A stretch of 64,000 nt of DNA from positions 61,416 to 125,415 of the forward strand of contig CACGNZ010000001.1 of assembly GCA_902574475.1 (NCBI GenBank). Direction: 5' to 3'. How positions within the stretch are numbered: position 1 is the stretch's first letter; each line of letters begins with the position of its first letter. Made by a program: the position numbers and the translations under genes. The notes under the pieces were generated by a model. The model was not told the origin of the DNA, searched no databases, and was given only the letters and a program-made list of their open reading frames with translations. This document shows, piece after piece, positions 42,994 to 53,236 of the stretch. This DNA is from an uncultured Alphaproteobacteria bacterium (lineage in GTDB: Bacteria > Pseudomonadota > Alphaproteobacteria > HIMB59 > GCA-002718135).

Positions 42994-44187
42994 CTATTTT
43001 TGAATTAAAAAATGAGAAACATCAGTAGAACTATTTGAAAAACCTGTTTCACAATAAGAGAAATAAAATTCCCACATTCTTTTAAATTTAATATCGAAGC
43101 CAAACTTTGATAAATCAGTCCAAGATTTTTGAAATTGTTTGTTCCACATTTTTAGTGTTTTAGCGTAAGAACCGCCAAAACTTAATTTTTCAATACATTT
43201 TAACCCAACGTGTTTTGCTGAATATTCAAATTGTTTTTTGGTTGGAAGCATGCCGCCAGGAAAAATATATTGTTGAATAAAATCTGGTCTGTTTTGATAA
43301 TCTTTTGCCTTTTGTTCATCAATTGTTATGACTTGTAGTGCAGCCATACCGCCATCGTTGAGAGAATTACGAATTGTATCAAAGTAATTATGCCAATATT
43401 TCTTCCCAACTGCCTCAAACATTTCAATTGAAACAATATTTGAATATTTTTTTTGGATATCCCTATAATCTCTGAATATAACTGATACTTTTTCAGACAA
43501 ACCTTCATTTTGAATTTTTTCAGAAGCATATTCGTATTGTTCCTTAGAAATAGTTATAGCATCAACTGAACAATTGTAATTTTTCGCTACAAATGATGAA
43601 AAACCTCCCCATCCACATCCAATTTCTAAAGTTTTAGAATTTGAGTCTAATGATAAAGTTTCAGCAATCTTTCTATATTTGTTAAATTGTGCATCTGATA
43701 AATTTGTATTCTTATTATCAAAAAGAGCAGAAGAATAGGTCATGGTTTTATCTAACCACTTTTCGTAAAAATTATTTCCTAAATCATAATGATATTTAAT
43801 GTTTTTTTTACTCTGTGATTTTGAATTGTTATTTAAAAAATGTTTTAATTTGGCAAAAGTTGCAAAAAAAAGATTAGTATTTATACTTTGTAAAAAATAA
43901 CTCTCATTTTTATGAGAAAGTAGTAATAAATTAGTTAAATCGGTGCTTGAAAAGTAACCATTTATATAGGCTTCTGCAAAACCTACAGAACCTTTTTTAA
44001 AAATTAAATTTAGAAAATTATAATTATGAATTTTGATACTTGCAGATATATCCTCCTCTTTTCCGACAAAAACTCTCTCCTCGCCAGTAGGAAATTGAAC
44101 TGTTAATTTTCCATATCGAATTTTAGATAAAAAGCTTACTAATAATTTTTCAACAGTTTTATCAAAATTTGTTTTAAAAAAATTCAT
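42994..44187 (-). CDS. Cyclopropane-fatty-acyl-phospholipid synthase family SAM methyltransferase (UfaM/CfaS-like)
   Basis: GFAEAYI.G, NIKYHYDLGNNFY..WLD.TMTYSSA, LEIGCGWG, SIEMFEAVG, FIQQYIFPGGMLP, RMWEFYFSYCE.GF. Confidence 0.93.
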   Translation of the reverse strand: MNFFKTNFDKTVEKLLVSFLSKIRYGKLTVQFPTGEERVFVGKEEDISASIKIHNYNFLNLIFKKGSVGFAEAYINGYFSSTDLTNLLLLSHKNESYFLQSINTNLFFATFAKLKHFLNNNSKSQSKKNIKYHYDLGNNFYEKWLDKTMTYSSALFDNKNTNLSDAQFNKYRKIAETLSLDSNSKTLEIGCGWGGFSSFVAKNYNCSVDAITISKEQYEYASEKIQNEGLSEKVSVIFRDYRDIQKKYSNIVSIEMFEAVGKKYWHNYFDTIRNSLNDGGMAALQVITIDEQKAKDYQNRPDFIQQYIFPGGMLPTKKQFEYSAKHVGLKCIEKLSFGGSYAKTLKMWNKQFQKSWTDLSKFGFDIKFKRMWEFYFSYCETGFSNSSTDVSHFLIQK

Positions 44188-44961
44188 TTAAAAATAACCT
44201 TCAAAACTCACTGTATCATTTGGCTTCTTTTTTCGTGCATAATATTTACCACCTTTGTAAATTATTTTTAAAGCCTCATAAAGAATTCCAGCCATTACCT
44301 TAAAACCAAAAAGTGGATTATAATATAAAAATTTAAACATATTTTTTGAGTTAAAATTTATAAATTTGCCATGCTGAGAAGCTGTTAGAACTTTTTTATT
44401 ATTTTTATCATAAAGATCAATATTAATATTTATTTTATCTTTTTGCATTCGATTAAAAAATTTATAATTTGCCTCCATTTCTATGAATGGAGATACATAA
44501 AACTGCTTTGCACATTCATGAGATAATTTAAAATCTTCAAAATTTACATTTCCTTTAAAAATATAGGTATGTTGTTCATTAGTCGTATTTTTGACTTCAT
44601 AGAAAATAGATATTAATTTTTTATCATCATAACAATATATAATTGATAAGGGATCAAATACATATCCCAAAATTCTTGGAAAACACAATATCATTATATT
44701 AAGATGTTTATATTTAATATTAAATTTAGAGAGGGAATCTTTAACGAATTTCTTTATTGACCTTTTGTCTCTATATCCATGATCTTTTTCATAAATAGAA
44801 AAAAGATTAAAAGAGTTTAATGAAAAAAGTTTATAGTTTTTACTTAATTGATCAAGATTATCCAAATTAATAAAAAGACTTGGTACCTCATATTTCAATG
44901 TGTGTTTAAATGGAATAAATCTTTTATGAATAATACTAGATAATAGAATTTGAGAAATCAT
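44188..44961 (-). CDS. DUF1365 family protein (UfaO-like)
   Basis: HKRF.P..H...Y, PRILGYVFDPLSIIYC, YEVKNT..EQH.Y, KQFYVSPF, ILYEALKI..KG. Confidence 0.9.
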   Translation of the reverse strand: MISQILLSSIIHKRFIPFKHTLKYEVPSLFINLDNLDQLSKNYKLFSLNSFNLFSIYEKDHGYRDKRSIKKFVKDSLSKFNIKYKHLNIMILCFPRILGYVFDPLSIIYCYDDKKLISIFYEVKNTTNEQHTYIFKGNVNFEDFKLSHECAKQFYVSPFIEMEANYKFFNRMQKDKININIDLYDKNNKKVLTASQHGKFINFNSKNMFKFLYYNPLFGFKVMAGILYEALKIIYKGGKYYARKKKPNDTVSFEGYF

Positions 44962-46253
44962 TTAAAATTAATTTGCAATCTATTATAAAAATTTTTCTCT
45001 CTCTTCCAAGGTAAATCACAATGTAACAATTTACAAACATAAGAAGATGATTGAATGCCGTCTTCATGAAAACCATATCCAAGGTAAGCTCCACAGAAAA
45101 AAGTATTATTCTTTCCTTGGATTTCCATAACATTTTTTTGAGCTAAAATAGTATCGGTAGTATATATTGGATGATTAAATGATGTTTCGTTAATTATGTT
45201 TTTAGGCTTTTTATATGGATTAACAGTTACAAAATAATTTTTTTTAGTTGGTAATTTTTGCAAGAAATTCATCCAATAAGTTAAAGTAAATTTAGAAGAT
45301 GATGACTTATTTAAAAAATTCCAACTTGACCAAGCAATTTTTGATTTAGGCATTAAAGAGTGATCGGAGTGAAGTATTGCTGAATTAGTTGAATATTTAA
45401 ATTGTGAAAATATTTTTACTTCTTCTTCTGTTGGTTTTTCCAAAATATCCAATACTTGATTTGCATGGGTTGCAAATATTACCTTATGAAATTCTAATAT
45501 ATTATTTTTCTCATCTTCTATTTTAATTTTATTATTTTCTCTAATAATTTTTTTAATTTTGAAATTTATTTCATATTCAAAAACATTTTTATTAATAATT
45601 TTTTTTATATATTCGTTACTACCGCCTTCTACATATTTCCATTGAGGTCTTTTTTTTAAATTAAATAAAGCATGATTTTTAAAAAAATTAATGAATGTTA
45701 TGAGAGGAAAATTTTTTACATCACTTATATTGCTTGACCATATAGATGATATCATAGGTAAAATATGATAATTTATTAGGTATGTTGAAAAATTATTAGT
45801 TTTTAAAAAATCATTTAAGGTTTTAGTTTGCTCTAAATCACTAACATTCAAGCTATTACATAATAAATAAAGTTTTCTTATTTCAAATAACATTTTAAAA
45901 AAATTAAAAGAAAAAACATTTCTAAAATTAGCAAAAAGAGAAAATATATTTTTACCACTATATTCAATTTGAGGATCTTGATTTGAGACGGCAAAAGACA
46001 TATCTGAATTTTTACATTTCACATCAAGTAATTTAAAAAAATTTGTTAAATCTGGATAATTATTTTCATTGAATACAATAAACCCTGTATCAACTGGGAT
46101 TGTCTTTGTTGATTCTTCAACATAGATAGTTCTTGTATGTCCGCCCAATCTATTATTTTTTTCAAATAAATAAACATCATATTTAGAAGATAAAAGGTAA
46201 GCTGCACTTATTCCTGAAATACCAGAACCAATGATTGCTATTTTTTCTCTCAC
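44958..46253 (-). CDS. FAD-dependent oxidoreductase, amine-oxidase-like (UfaD-like)
   Basis: IAIIGSGISG, GGHTRT, VDTGFIVFN..NYP, SDMSF, AWSSWN, TYWMN.LQ, GAYLGYGFHEDG; GTG start. Confidence 0.9.
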   Translation of the reverse strand: MREKIAIIGSGISGISAAYLLSSKYDVYLFEKNNRLGGHTRTIYVEESTKTIPVDTGFIVFNENNYPDLTNFFKLLDVKCKNSDMSFAVSNQDPQIEYSGKNIFSLFANFRNVFSFNFFKMLFEIRKLYLLCNSLNVSDLEQTKTLNDFLKTNNFSTYLINYHILPMISSIWSSNISDVKNFPLITFINFFKNHALFNLKKRPQWKYVEGGSNEYIKKIINKNVFEYEINFKIKKIIRENNKIKIEDEKNNILEFHKVIFATHANQVLDILEKPTEEEVKIFSQFKYSTNSAILHSDHSLMPKSKIAWSSWNFLNKSSSSKFTLTYWMNFLQKLPTKKNYFVTVNPYKKPKNIINETSFNHPIYTTDTILAQKNVMEIQGKNNTFFCGAYLGYGFHEDGIQSSSYVCKLLHCDLPWKREKNFYNRLQINFK

Positions 46254-46254
46254 A

Positions 46255-47676
46255 TCAACTAATAGTTTTAAACGCTGATAGTGCTCTATTTCTTGTTTCT
46301 TTTAAATCTACAATTGGTAATGGATATGAAGTACCTATCTCAAAATTATATTTCTTTTGATCCTCCATAGACATCTCCCAAGGATTATGAATATATTTTT
46401 TTGGAATATTATTCAACTCAGGAACAAATTCTTTTACATAATTACCATCTGGATCAAATTTTTGACCCTGCAATATTGGATTAAAAATTCTAAAATATGG
46501 ACTTGCATCAGCACAACAACCAGATATCCATTGCCAACCTGCAGAATTAGACCCAACGTCAGCATCAACTAAAGTATTAAAAAACCACTCTTCTCCATTT
46601 TTCCAGTGTAACAATAAATTTTTTGTTAGAAACGAGCCTACAATCATTCTTACTCTATTATGCATCCAGCCTGTTTTATATAGTTGTCTCATTCCAGCAT
46701 CAACAATTGGAATACCAGTTTTACCATTATGCCATAATGATAAATTTTTAGCATTTTTAATCCATGGAAATTTATTAAATTTACTTTGTATAGGTTTATG
46801 AGTCATATCTGGATAATGAAATAAAAGATTATAAGAAAAATCTCTCCAGCCAAGTTCAGCAAGAAATTTTTTTTTATTTTCAGGATCAATTTTTTTTTCA
46901 ATATTTACGGTATCATAAACTTCCAAAGCGGATATTTCTCCAAAATGAAGATAAGGTGATAATTTTGAGGTTAAATCTTTATCGGGTCTGTCTCTTCCAA
47001 CTGAATAGTTATTTGCTTTTTGCGAAATATATTTTTTTAATTGTAATTTTGCATTACTTTCACCAGGTATCCAATATTTTTCAATTTTTTTGATCCATTT
47101 CTCTTTTTTGTTTGTTAGATTTAAATCTTGTATAGTTATTTCATTTTTAAATTTTGAATTGGCGTAGCTTATTTTTGTATTTTTAAATTTAAGATCTTTT
47201 AGTTTTAGTAGTTCATCACAATGTCGCCAGTAAGGGGTAAATACTTTAAAAAAGGTTCCACTTTTATTTTTAATATTCCAAGGTTCATTTAAAAGATATC
47301 CATTGTGCGAGTCGCATTCTATTTTAGATGAAGTAACTATAGATTTAATTTTAGTATCTCTTTTAATTGAATATGGATCATATAGTCTATTCCAGGATAC
47401 ATATTTAACATTTGAATTCTTTAGTATTGAAGATATAATTTTCTCTGGATCACCAGCAAATATATTTAGTTTGCCATTATGTTTTTGTATTGAGTCATAT
47501 AAACTAATTAAGGATTTTTCTAACCACCATTTGGATGTGGATCCAATTCTTTGATTTAAATCTAAAATATAAATTGGAATTATCTGATCAACTTTTTTTG
47601 AAAGTGACAATAAAGATGGATTTTCTTGTAATCGCAAATCTTGCCTAAACCAATGAATTCCATAGGTGGATACCAT
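46255..47676 (-). CDS. phrB: Deoxyribodipyrimidine (CPD) photolyase, class III-like
   Basis: WFRQDLRL.ENP, FKVFTPYW, TSKLSPYLHFGEIS, TGIPIVDAGMRQL..TGWMHNRVRM, PYFRIFNP..Q..KFDP.G. Confidence 0.93.
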   Translation of the reverse strand: MVSTYGIHWFRQDLRLQENPSLLSLSKKVDQIIPIYILDLNQRIGSTSKWWLEKSLISLYDSIQKHNGKLNIFAGDPEKIISSILKNSNVKYVSWNRLYDPYSIKRDTKIKSIVTSSKIECDSHNGYLLNEPWNIKNKSGTFFKVFTPYWRHCDELLKLKDLKFKNTKISYANSKFKNEITIQDLNLTNKKEKWIKKIEKYWIPGESNAKLQLKKYISQKANNYSVGRDRPDKDLTSKLSPYLHFGEISALEVYDTVNIEKKIDPENKKKFLAELGWRDFSYNLLFHYPDMTHKPIQSKFNKFPWIKNAKNLSLWHNGKTGIPIVDAGMRQLYKTGWMHNRVRMIVGSFLTKNLLLHWKNGEEWFFNTLVDADVGSNSAGWQWISGCCADASPYFRIFNPILQGQKFDPDGNYVKEFVPELNNIPKKYIHNPWEMSMEDQKKYNFEIGTSYPLPIVDLKETRNRALSAFKTIS

Positions 47677-47722
47677 GAGTTTAAATTATGTTAATTTAGA
47701 ATAAATTAAAGAGGTAAATCTA

Positions 47723-47917
47723 TTATTTACTATGAGGAGGCATTTTTTTCTCTACGAACCAAACGTGTTTTTTTAACACAGGATCATATTTTTTCATTCG
47801 AAGCTTTTCAGCAACTTTCAATCCTTTTGTCGGTTTTCTTACAATATACTTAGTTCCTGTTTTTGGATTTTCTTCAGGTACTAGTTGTTTAAGAGCGAAT
47901 GAAGTTTTTTTTGCCAT
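47723..47917 (-). CDS. rpmG: 50S ribosomal protein L33 (Zn-free, extended)
   Basis: TG..Y, KL.MKKYDPVLKKHV.F.EKK. Confidence 0.92.
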   Translation of the reverse strand: MAKKTSFALKQLVPEENPKTGTKYIVRKPTKGLKVAEKLRMKKYDPVLKKHVWFVEKKMPPHSK

Positions 47918-47958
47918 GAGGTGTCTATACAGAATAATTATATGAAATAAAGTATTAT

Positions 47959-48894
47959 TTATTCATAATCAGAAATTGACTGCTTAATAAAACGGTTAAA
48001 ATTTCCTCTTTTTTTATCAAGTTTAATTTGTTTATTTCTTTCAAGTAAGTTTTTTTTCTTTTCTTCAGATGTTTTATCAAAACAATTATGACAAGATACA
48101 CCTGGTTCATAATATTTATTATCAGTATCTTTAATACTAATGGGTAACCGACAAGCATGACAAAGTTTGTAAGTTCCATCTTTTAATTCATTTTTCAAAG
48201 ATACTCTTCCATCAAATACGAAACATTCACCATTCCACATTGAATCTTTTTTTGGAGTTTTTTCTAAATACTTTAGTATACCGCCGTCTAACTGAGCAAC
48301 ATTTTTAAAACCCTTCATCATCATATATGATGAAGCCTTTTCACACCTGATACCTCCAGTGCAAAACATTGCAATTTTTTTGTCTTTTGACTTATTTAGT
48401 TTTTTTTGAACAAAAGATTTAAAGTCAGTGAAACTTTTAGTTTTTGGATTAATTGCCCCTTCAAAAGATCCTATTTTAACCTCAAATTCATTTCTTACAT
48501 CAATCACAATAGTGTCTTTGTCTTTAATTAGTTGATTCCATTCATTGTATTTAACTTTTTTTCCAGATATTTTTGTAGGATCAGCAAATTTGGTTCTGAG
48601 TGTGACTATTTCATTTTTATTTCTAATTTTTAGTTTTTGAAAAGGCATATATTTATATTTTGATCGTTTAAGATTAAGTTTCTCAAAACTAAAATTTTCA
48701 AGATATAGAATGAAAGAATTTATGTTTTTTTCAAAGCCAGCTATTGTTCCATTAATGCCTTCATTAGCAATTAATATTGTACCTTTTATTTTATTAAATT
48801 TGCAAAAATCTTTAAGTTTAGTAATTATATCATTTTTATCTTTAATTATTTTGAATTGATAAAAAGTAATTATAGTAAAGTACTTGTTGTTCAT
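47959..48894 (-). CDS. trhO: Rhodanese-related tRNA uridine(34) hydroxylase (UPF0176)
   Basis: KGT.LIA.EGINGTI, IDVRN..E...G.F.GA, AMFCTGGIRCEK, L.GGILKYLE, W.GECFVFD.RV, C..CR...C..C. Confidence 0.92.
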   Translation of the reverse strand: MNNKYFTIITFYQFKIIKDKNDIITKLKDFCKFNKIKGTILIANEGINGTIAGFEKNINSFILYLENFSFEKLNLKRSKYKYMPFQKLKIRNKNEIVTLRTKFADPTKISGKKVKYNEWNQLIKDKDTIVIDVRNEFEVKIGSFEGAINPKTKSFTDFKSFVQKKLNKSKDKKIAMFCTGGIRCEKASSYMMMKGFKNVAQLDGGILKYLEKTPKKDSMWNGECFVFDGRVSLKNELKDGTYKLCHACRLPISIKDTDNKYYEPGVSCHNCFDKTSEEKKKNLLERNKQIKLDKKRGNFNRFIKQSISDYE

Positions 48895-48927
48895 TTATCT
48901 AATTAATATAAAAAACTTTAAAAATTT

Positions 48928-49821
48928 ATGTCTAAAGAAACCATTAATATTGTTAAAAATTTTCTCAATAGTTATTCTATAGAAACAACTCCAAATGTTT
49001 ACGAAAAATATGGAAGCTTTTCTGAATTTCTTAATAAAAATCATGACGTTTATATAACTTATTTACCAGATGAAAATTCAAAAAATGTTATTAGAACGGC
49101 AAAAAAATTAAAATTAGAAGGTTATGATGTTATACCTCATTTGCCTGCGAGAACTATTGTAAATAAAGATGACTTAGAAAAATATATTGGTGAACTTGCA
49201 AATGAATCTGGGTGTTCAAAGATTTTAATTATTGGTGGTGGTGGAAATCAAGCTGGCGAAATCTCTTCCTCAATTGATGTTTTAAAAACAGATTTTCTTT
49301 CAAAATATAATTATCAATTTGTAGGTGTGGCTGGACATCCCGAAGGAAGCCCAGATATTTCAAATGAAAATTTAGATTTAGCAATTAAACAGAAGAATGA
49401 TTTTGCAAAAAATGTTGATTTTAAAATGTATTTAGCAACACAATTTTTTTTTGAAGCTAAATCTTTAATCGACTGGGAAAAACACTTAGTAAAAATTGGA
49501 AATAAATTACCAATCCACGCTGGGATACCAGGTCCAGCCTCTATTAAAACATTAGTAAATTATGCAAGGTCTTGCGGTATTGGAAATTCTTTAAGATTTA
49601 TTACAAAACAGGCTTTTAACTTAACTAAACTTGCAACATTGAGCACTCCTGACAAATTAATTTATGATCTTGCTGAACATAGCGAAATAAACAAAGACTC
49701 TAAACTTGAAAAAATACACTTCTATGCGTTTGGTGGTATGAAAAAAACATCAGAGTGGTTAAATCAATTTAATAACTCAGATTTTTCTTATAATAATAAA
49801 CAGAAATTCGAGTTAAATTAG
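48928..49821 (+). CDS. metF: Methylenetetrahydrofolate reductase-like flavoprotein
   Basis: SIETTP, IPHLPAR, VAGHPEG, ATQFFF, HAGIPGP, HFYAFGG; upstream of fhs. Confidence 0.82.
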   Translation: MSKETINIVKNFLNSYSIETTPNVYEKYGSFSEFLNKNHDVYITYLPDENSKNVIRTAKKLKLEGYDVIPHLPARTIVNKDDLEKYIGELANESGCSKILIIGGGGNQAGEISSSIDVLKTDFLSKYNYQFVGVAGHPEGSPDISNENLDLAIKQKNDFAKNVDFKMYLATQFFFEAKSLIDWEKHLVKIGNKLPIHAGIPGPASIKTLVNYARSCGIGNSLRFITKQAFNLTKLATLSTPDKLIYDLAEHSEINKDSKLEKIHFYAFGGMKKTSEWLNQFNNSDFSYNNKQKFELN

Positions 49822-49914
49822 CTTCTTCACAATTTTTTTATCTTTTAATGAAACAAAAGTTGTTTGATATTTAAGTTAATTTATAGATTAAGAATCTAAT
49901 AATTAAGGAGTCTC

Positions 49915-51588
49915 ATGTCAGATATTGAAATAGCAAGAAAAGCTAAAATGAAGCCTATTAGTGAAATTCTAAAAGGGCTTGATGTACCAGACACACCTGA
50001 AGCCTTCAGTCCTATGGGTCGTCATATAGCAAAAATAAATTTGGAGTACATAGAGTCACTTAATAAAAATAAAGATGGTAAACTTGTTCTAGTCTCAGCA
50101 ATAACTCCAACACCAGCAGGAGAAGGTAAAACAACAACTTCTGTTGGATTAAGTGATGGTCTTAATAAACTAGGAAAGAAATCAATAGTTTGTTTAAGAG
50201 AGCCGAGTCTTGGACCATCATTCGGCATGAAAGGTGGTGCAGCTGGTGGAGGCTATGCTCAAGTAGTACCGATGGAGCAAATTAATTTACATTTTACTGG
50301 AGATTTTCATGCAATTACATCCGCTCACAATTTACTTTCTGCATTGATTGATAATCATATCTACTGGGGAAATAAATTAAATATTGATGTTAGAAGGGTT
50401 GTTTGGAAGAGAGTAATGGATATGAATGATAGATCACTTAGATCTATTGTTGTTGATTTAGGTGGAGTTGCAAATGGATATCCTAGACAAGATGGTTTTG
50501 ATATTACTGTTGCATCGGAGATAATGGCAATTTTCTGCTTAGCAAAAGATTTAAAAGATCTTGAAGAGAGAATTGGAAATATAACTATTGCTTATACACG
50601 AGACAAAAAAGCTATTTATGCAAAAGATTTAAAGGCAGAAGGTCCAATGACAGTATTATTAAAAGATGCCATTAGGCCCAACATAACACAAACGTTAGAA
50701 AATAATCCTGCTATAATTCATGGTGGGCCATTTGCAAATATTGCTCATGGTTGCAATTCTGTAATTGCAACTAAAGCTAGTTTAAAATTAAGTGATTACG
50801 TTGTAACTGAAGCAGGCTTTGGAGCTGATCTAGGAGCAGAAAAATTCCTTGATATAAAATGTAGAAAATCAAATTTAAAACCTGATTGTGTGGTTTTGGT
50901 AGCTACAATTAGAGCACTAAAAATGCATGGCGATGTTTCAAAAGAAGATTTAAAAAATGAAAATGTAAATGCTCTTAAAAATGGTTTAGTAAATCTAGAA
51001 AGACATATTAATAATATTAGAAAATTTGGATTACCAGTAACTGTTGCTATTAATCATTTTGTCACTGATTCTAAAGCTGAAGTTGATGCCGTTCTAAGTT
51101 TTTGTACAACTCAAGGAGTCAAGGCTTCTATGTGTACTCACTGGTCCGATGGTGGTGATGGTGCAACTGAATTAGCTCAAAATGTAATAGATATTTGTGA
51201 AGATAATAAGAATACATTTAAATTTTTATATGAAGATGATTTAACTCTATTCAAAAAAATAGAAAAAATTGCGCAAGAGATTTATCACGCAAGTGAAGTT
51301 GTGGCAGACACGAAAGTACGTCAACAATTGAAGGATTTTGAAACTAAAGGATTTGGCAAATTACCTGTTTGCATTGCAAAGACTCAATATAGTTTTTCAA
51401 CTGACCCTAATTTAAAAGGTGCCCCTACTGGCCACGTTTTACCTATTAGAGAGGTAAGATTGTCATCAGGAGCAGAATTTATAGTAGTTGTTTGCGGTGA
51501 TATTATGACCATGCCGGGTCTACCGAGTGTTCCTGCGGCAAATTCGATAAAGCTAAATGACCATGGAGAAATTGAAGGTCTTTTTTAA
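49915..51588 (+). CDS. fhs: Formate-tetrahydrofolate ligase
   Basis: [69 protein letters not shown]. Confidence 0.99.
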   Translation: MSDIEIARKAKMKPISEILKGLDVPDTPEAFSPMGRHIAKINLEYIESLNKNKDGKLVLVSAITPTPAGEGKTTTSVGLSDGLNKLGKKSIVCLREPSLGPSFGMKGGAAGGGYAQVVPMEQINLHFTGDFHAITSAHNLLSALIDNHIYWGNKLNIDVRRVVWKRVMDMNDRSLRSIVVDLGGVANGYPRQDGFDITVASEIMAIFCLAKDLKDLEERIGNITIAYTRDKKAIYAKDLKAEGPMTVLLKDAIRPNITQTLENNPAIIHGGPFANIAHGCNSVIATKASLKLSDYVVTEAGFGADLGAEKFLDIKCRKSNLKPDCVVLVATIRALKMHGDVSKEDLKNENVNALKNGLVNLERHINNIRKFGLPVTVAINHFVTDSKAEVDAVLSFCTTQGVKASMCTHWSDGGDGATELAQNVIDICEDNKNTFKFLYEDDLTLFKKIEKIAQEIYHASEVVADTKVRQQLKDFETKGFGKLPVCIAKTQYSFSTDPNLKGAPTGHVLPIREVRLSSGAEFIVVVCGDIMTMPGLPSVPAANSIKLNDHGEIEGLF

Positions 51589-51608
51589 AACTGCTATAAA
51601 GAGTTATA

Positions 51609-52868
51609 ATGTTTAATAAAAATAAATACTCATTTCTATCTATTGCTAGAAATGCTTTAAATCATCATGAGAATTGGCAAAAGACGTGGAATAGTCCTGA
51701 GCCAAAAAAAAGTTATGATGCAATAATTGTGGGTGGTGGTGGACACGGTTTAACTACTGCTTACTATTTAGCAAAAAACCATGGAATTAATAATATTGCA
51801 GTAATTGAAAAAGGTTGGATAGGCGGTGGGAATACAGGGCGAAATACCACTATAATTAGATCAAACTATTTATGGGATCAAAGTGCAGCTTTATACGAGC
51901 ATGCATTAAAACTTTGGGAAGGTATGTCTCAAGAATTAAATTACAACGTAATGTTTTCTCAAAGAGGGGTTTTGAATGTTGCTCATAATCTTCATGATGT
52001 AAGAGAATTAAAAAGACGGTGGCATGCAAACAGACTAAATGATATCGATTGTGAATGGCTTGATACAAAGAAAGTTAAAGAATTTTGTCCAATAATAAAT
52101 ACTTCACCAAACATTAGATATCCTGTTTTAGGAGCAACGCTGCAAAGAAGAGCAGGAACTGCAAGACATGATGCTGTTGCATGGGGTTATGCAAGAGGAG
52201 CTGATGAAATGGGAGTTGATATAATTCAAAATTGTGAAGTAACTGGTATTAATGTAAAAAATGGAAATGTAACTGGTATTGAAACAACAAAAGGAACCAT
52301 TAATTCAAATAAAATTGGAATAGCTGCTGCAGGGCATACCAGTGTTATTGCCAATATGGCGGGTATCAAATTACCTTTAGAGAGTAAACCATTACAAGCA
52401 CTAGTTTCAGAGCCAGTAAAACCAGTCATTGATACTGTAGTAATGTCAAATACAATTCATGCGTATGTATCTCAGTCAGATAAAGGAGAGTTAGTTATTG
52501 GTGCTGGAACAGATGGATACACTTCATATACTCAAAGAGGTGGCTTTAACATTGTTGAAGATACATTAATGGCAATAGTTGAATTGTTTCCAATATTTTC
52601 TAGAATGAAAATGCTTCGTCATTGGGGAGGAATTGTAGATATTTGTCCTGATGCAAGCCCCATTATCAGTAAGACGCACATAAACGGATTATATTTTAAT
52701 TGTGGTTGGGGAACAGGTGGTTTCAAAGCAACACCAGGTTCAGGCTGGGTATTTGCTCACACTATAGCTAATGATCAAGCACATGAATTAAATGCTCCTT
52801 TTACAATAAATAGATTTTCTAGTGGTGAATTAGTTGATGAACATGGTGCAGCTGCCGTAGCACATTAA
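51609..52868 (+). CDS. soxB: Sarcosine oxidase beta subunit
   Basis: [61 protein letters not shown]. Confidence 0.97.
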   Translation: MFNKNKYSFLSIARNALNHHENWQKTWNSPEPKKSYDAIIVGGGGHGLTTAYYLAKNHGINNIAVIEKGWIGGGNTGRNTTIIRSNYLWDQSAALYEHALKLWEGMSQELNYNVMFSQRGVLNVAHNLHDVRELKRRWHANRLNDIDCEWLDTKKVKEFCPIINTSPNIRYPVLGATLQRRAGTARHDAVAWGYARGADEMGVDIIQNCEVTGINVKNGNVTGIETTKGTINSNKIGIAAAGHTSVIANMAGIKLPLESKPLQALVSEPVKPVIDTVVMSNTIHAYVSQSDKGELVIGAGTDGYTSYTQRGGFNIVEDTLMAIVELFPIFSRMKMLRHWGGIVDICPDASPIISKTHINGLYFNCGWGTGGFKATPGSGWVFAHTIANDQAHELNAPFTINRFSSGELVDEHGAAAVAH

Positions 52869-52871
52869 ATC

Positions 52872-53228
52872 ATGTTTTTAATAAATTGCCCATACTGTGG
52901 AGAAAGAGATCAAGCTGAATTTTCTTGTGGAGGTGAAGCGCATATTGCAAGACCAAAAAATCCTCCTGAACTATCTGATGATCAATGGGCAGAATATTTA
53001 TTCTTGCGAAAGAACGAAAAAGGTATTCATTATGAAAGATGGAACCATGAATATGGATGCAGACAATGGTTTAATTTAGCAAGAAATACAGCAACCGATG
53101 AAATTCTTGCAGTATATAAGATGGGAGAAGCTCCTCCCATATTAAAAGCAAATATTCCAGCTACTCCTTCAGGTGAGCCAAGTATTGGATCAGGGAATTT
53201 ATCAACATCGAAAAAAGATAGGTTTTAA
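52872..53228 (+). CDS. soxD: Sarcosine oxidase delta subunit
   Basis: CPYCGER...EF..GGEAHIARP, ERW.H..GCRQWFN..RNT. Confidence 0.96.
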   Translation: MFLINCPYCGERDQAEFSCGGEAHIARPKNPPELSDDQWAEYLFLRKNEKGIHYERWNHEYGCRQWFNLARNTATDEILAVYKMGEAPPILKANIPATPSGEPSIGSGNLSTSKKDRF

Positions 53229-53236
53229 AAATAAAG

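Noticed and set aside
47677..47722. RpoE/ChrR-type promoter upstream of the photolyase operon
   Set aside because: No TGATCC-like -35 element on the minus strand in this 46-bp gap.
49822..49914. Glycine, THF or SAM riboswitch ahead of fhs or metF
   Set aside because: The leaders are short and very AT-rich and lack recognisable aptamer cores.
52239..52280. Direct repeat GTAACTGGTATT twice in soxB
   Set aside because: It encodes VTGI twice within the FAD domain; two copies only, not an array.
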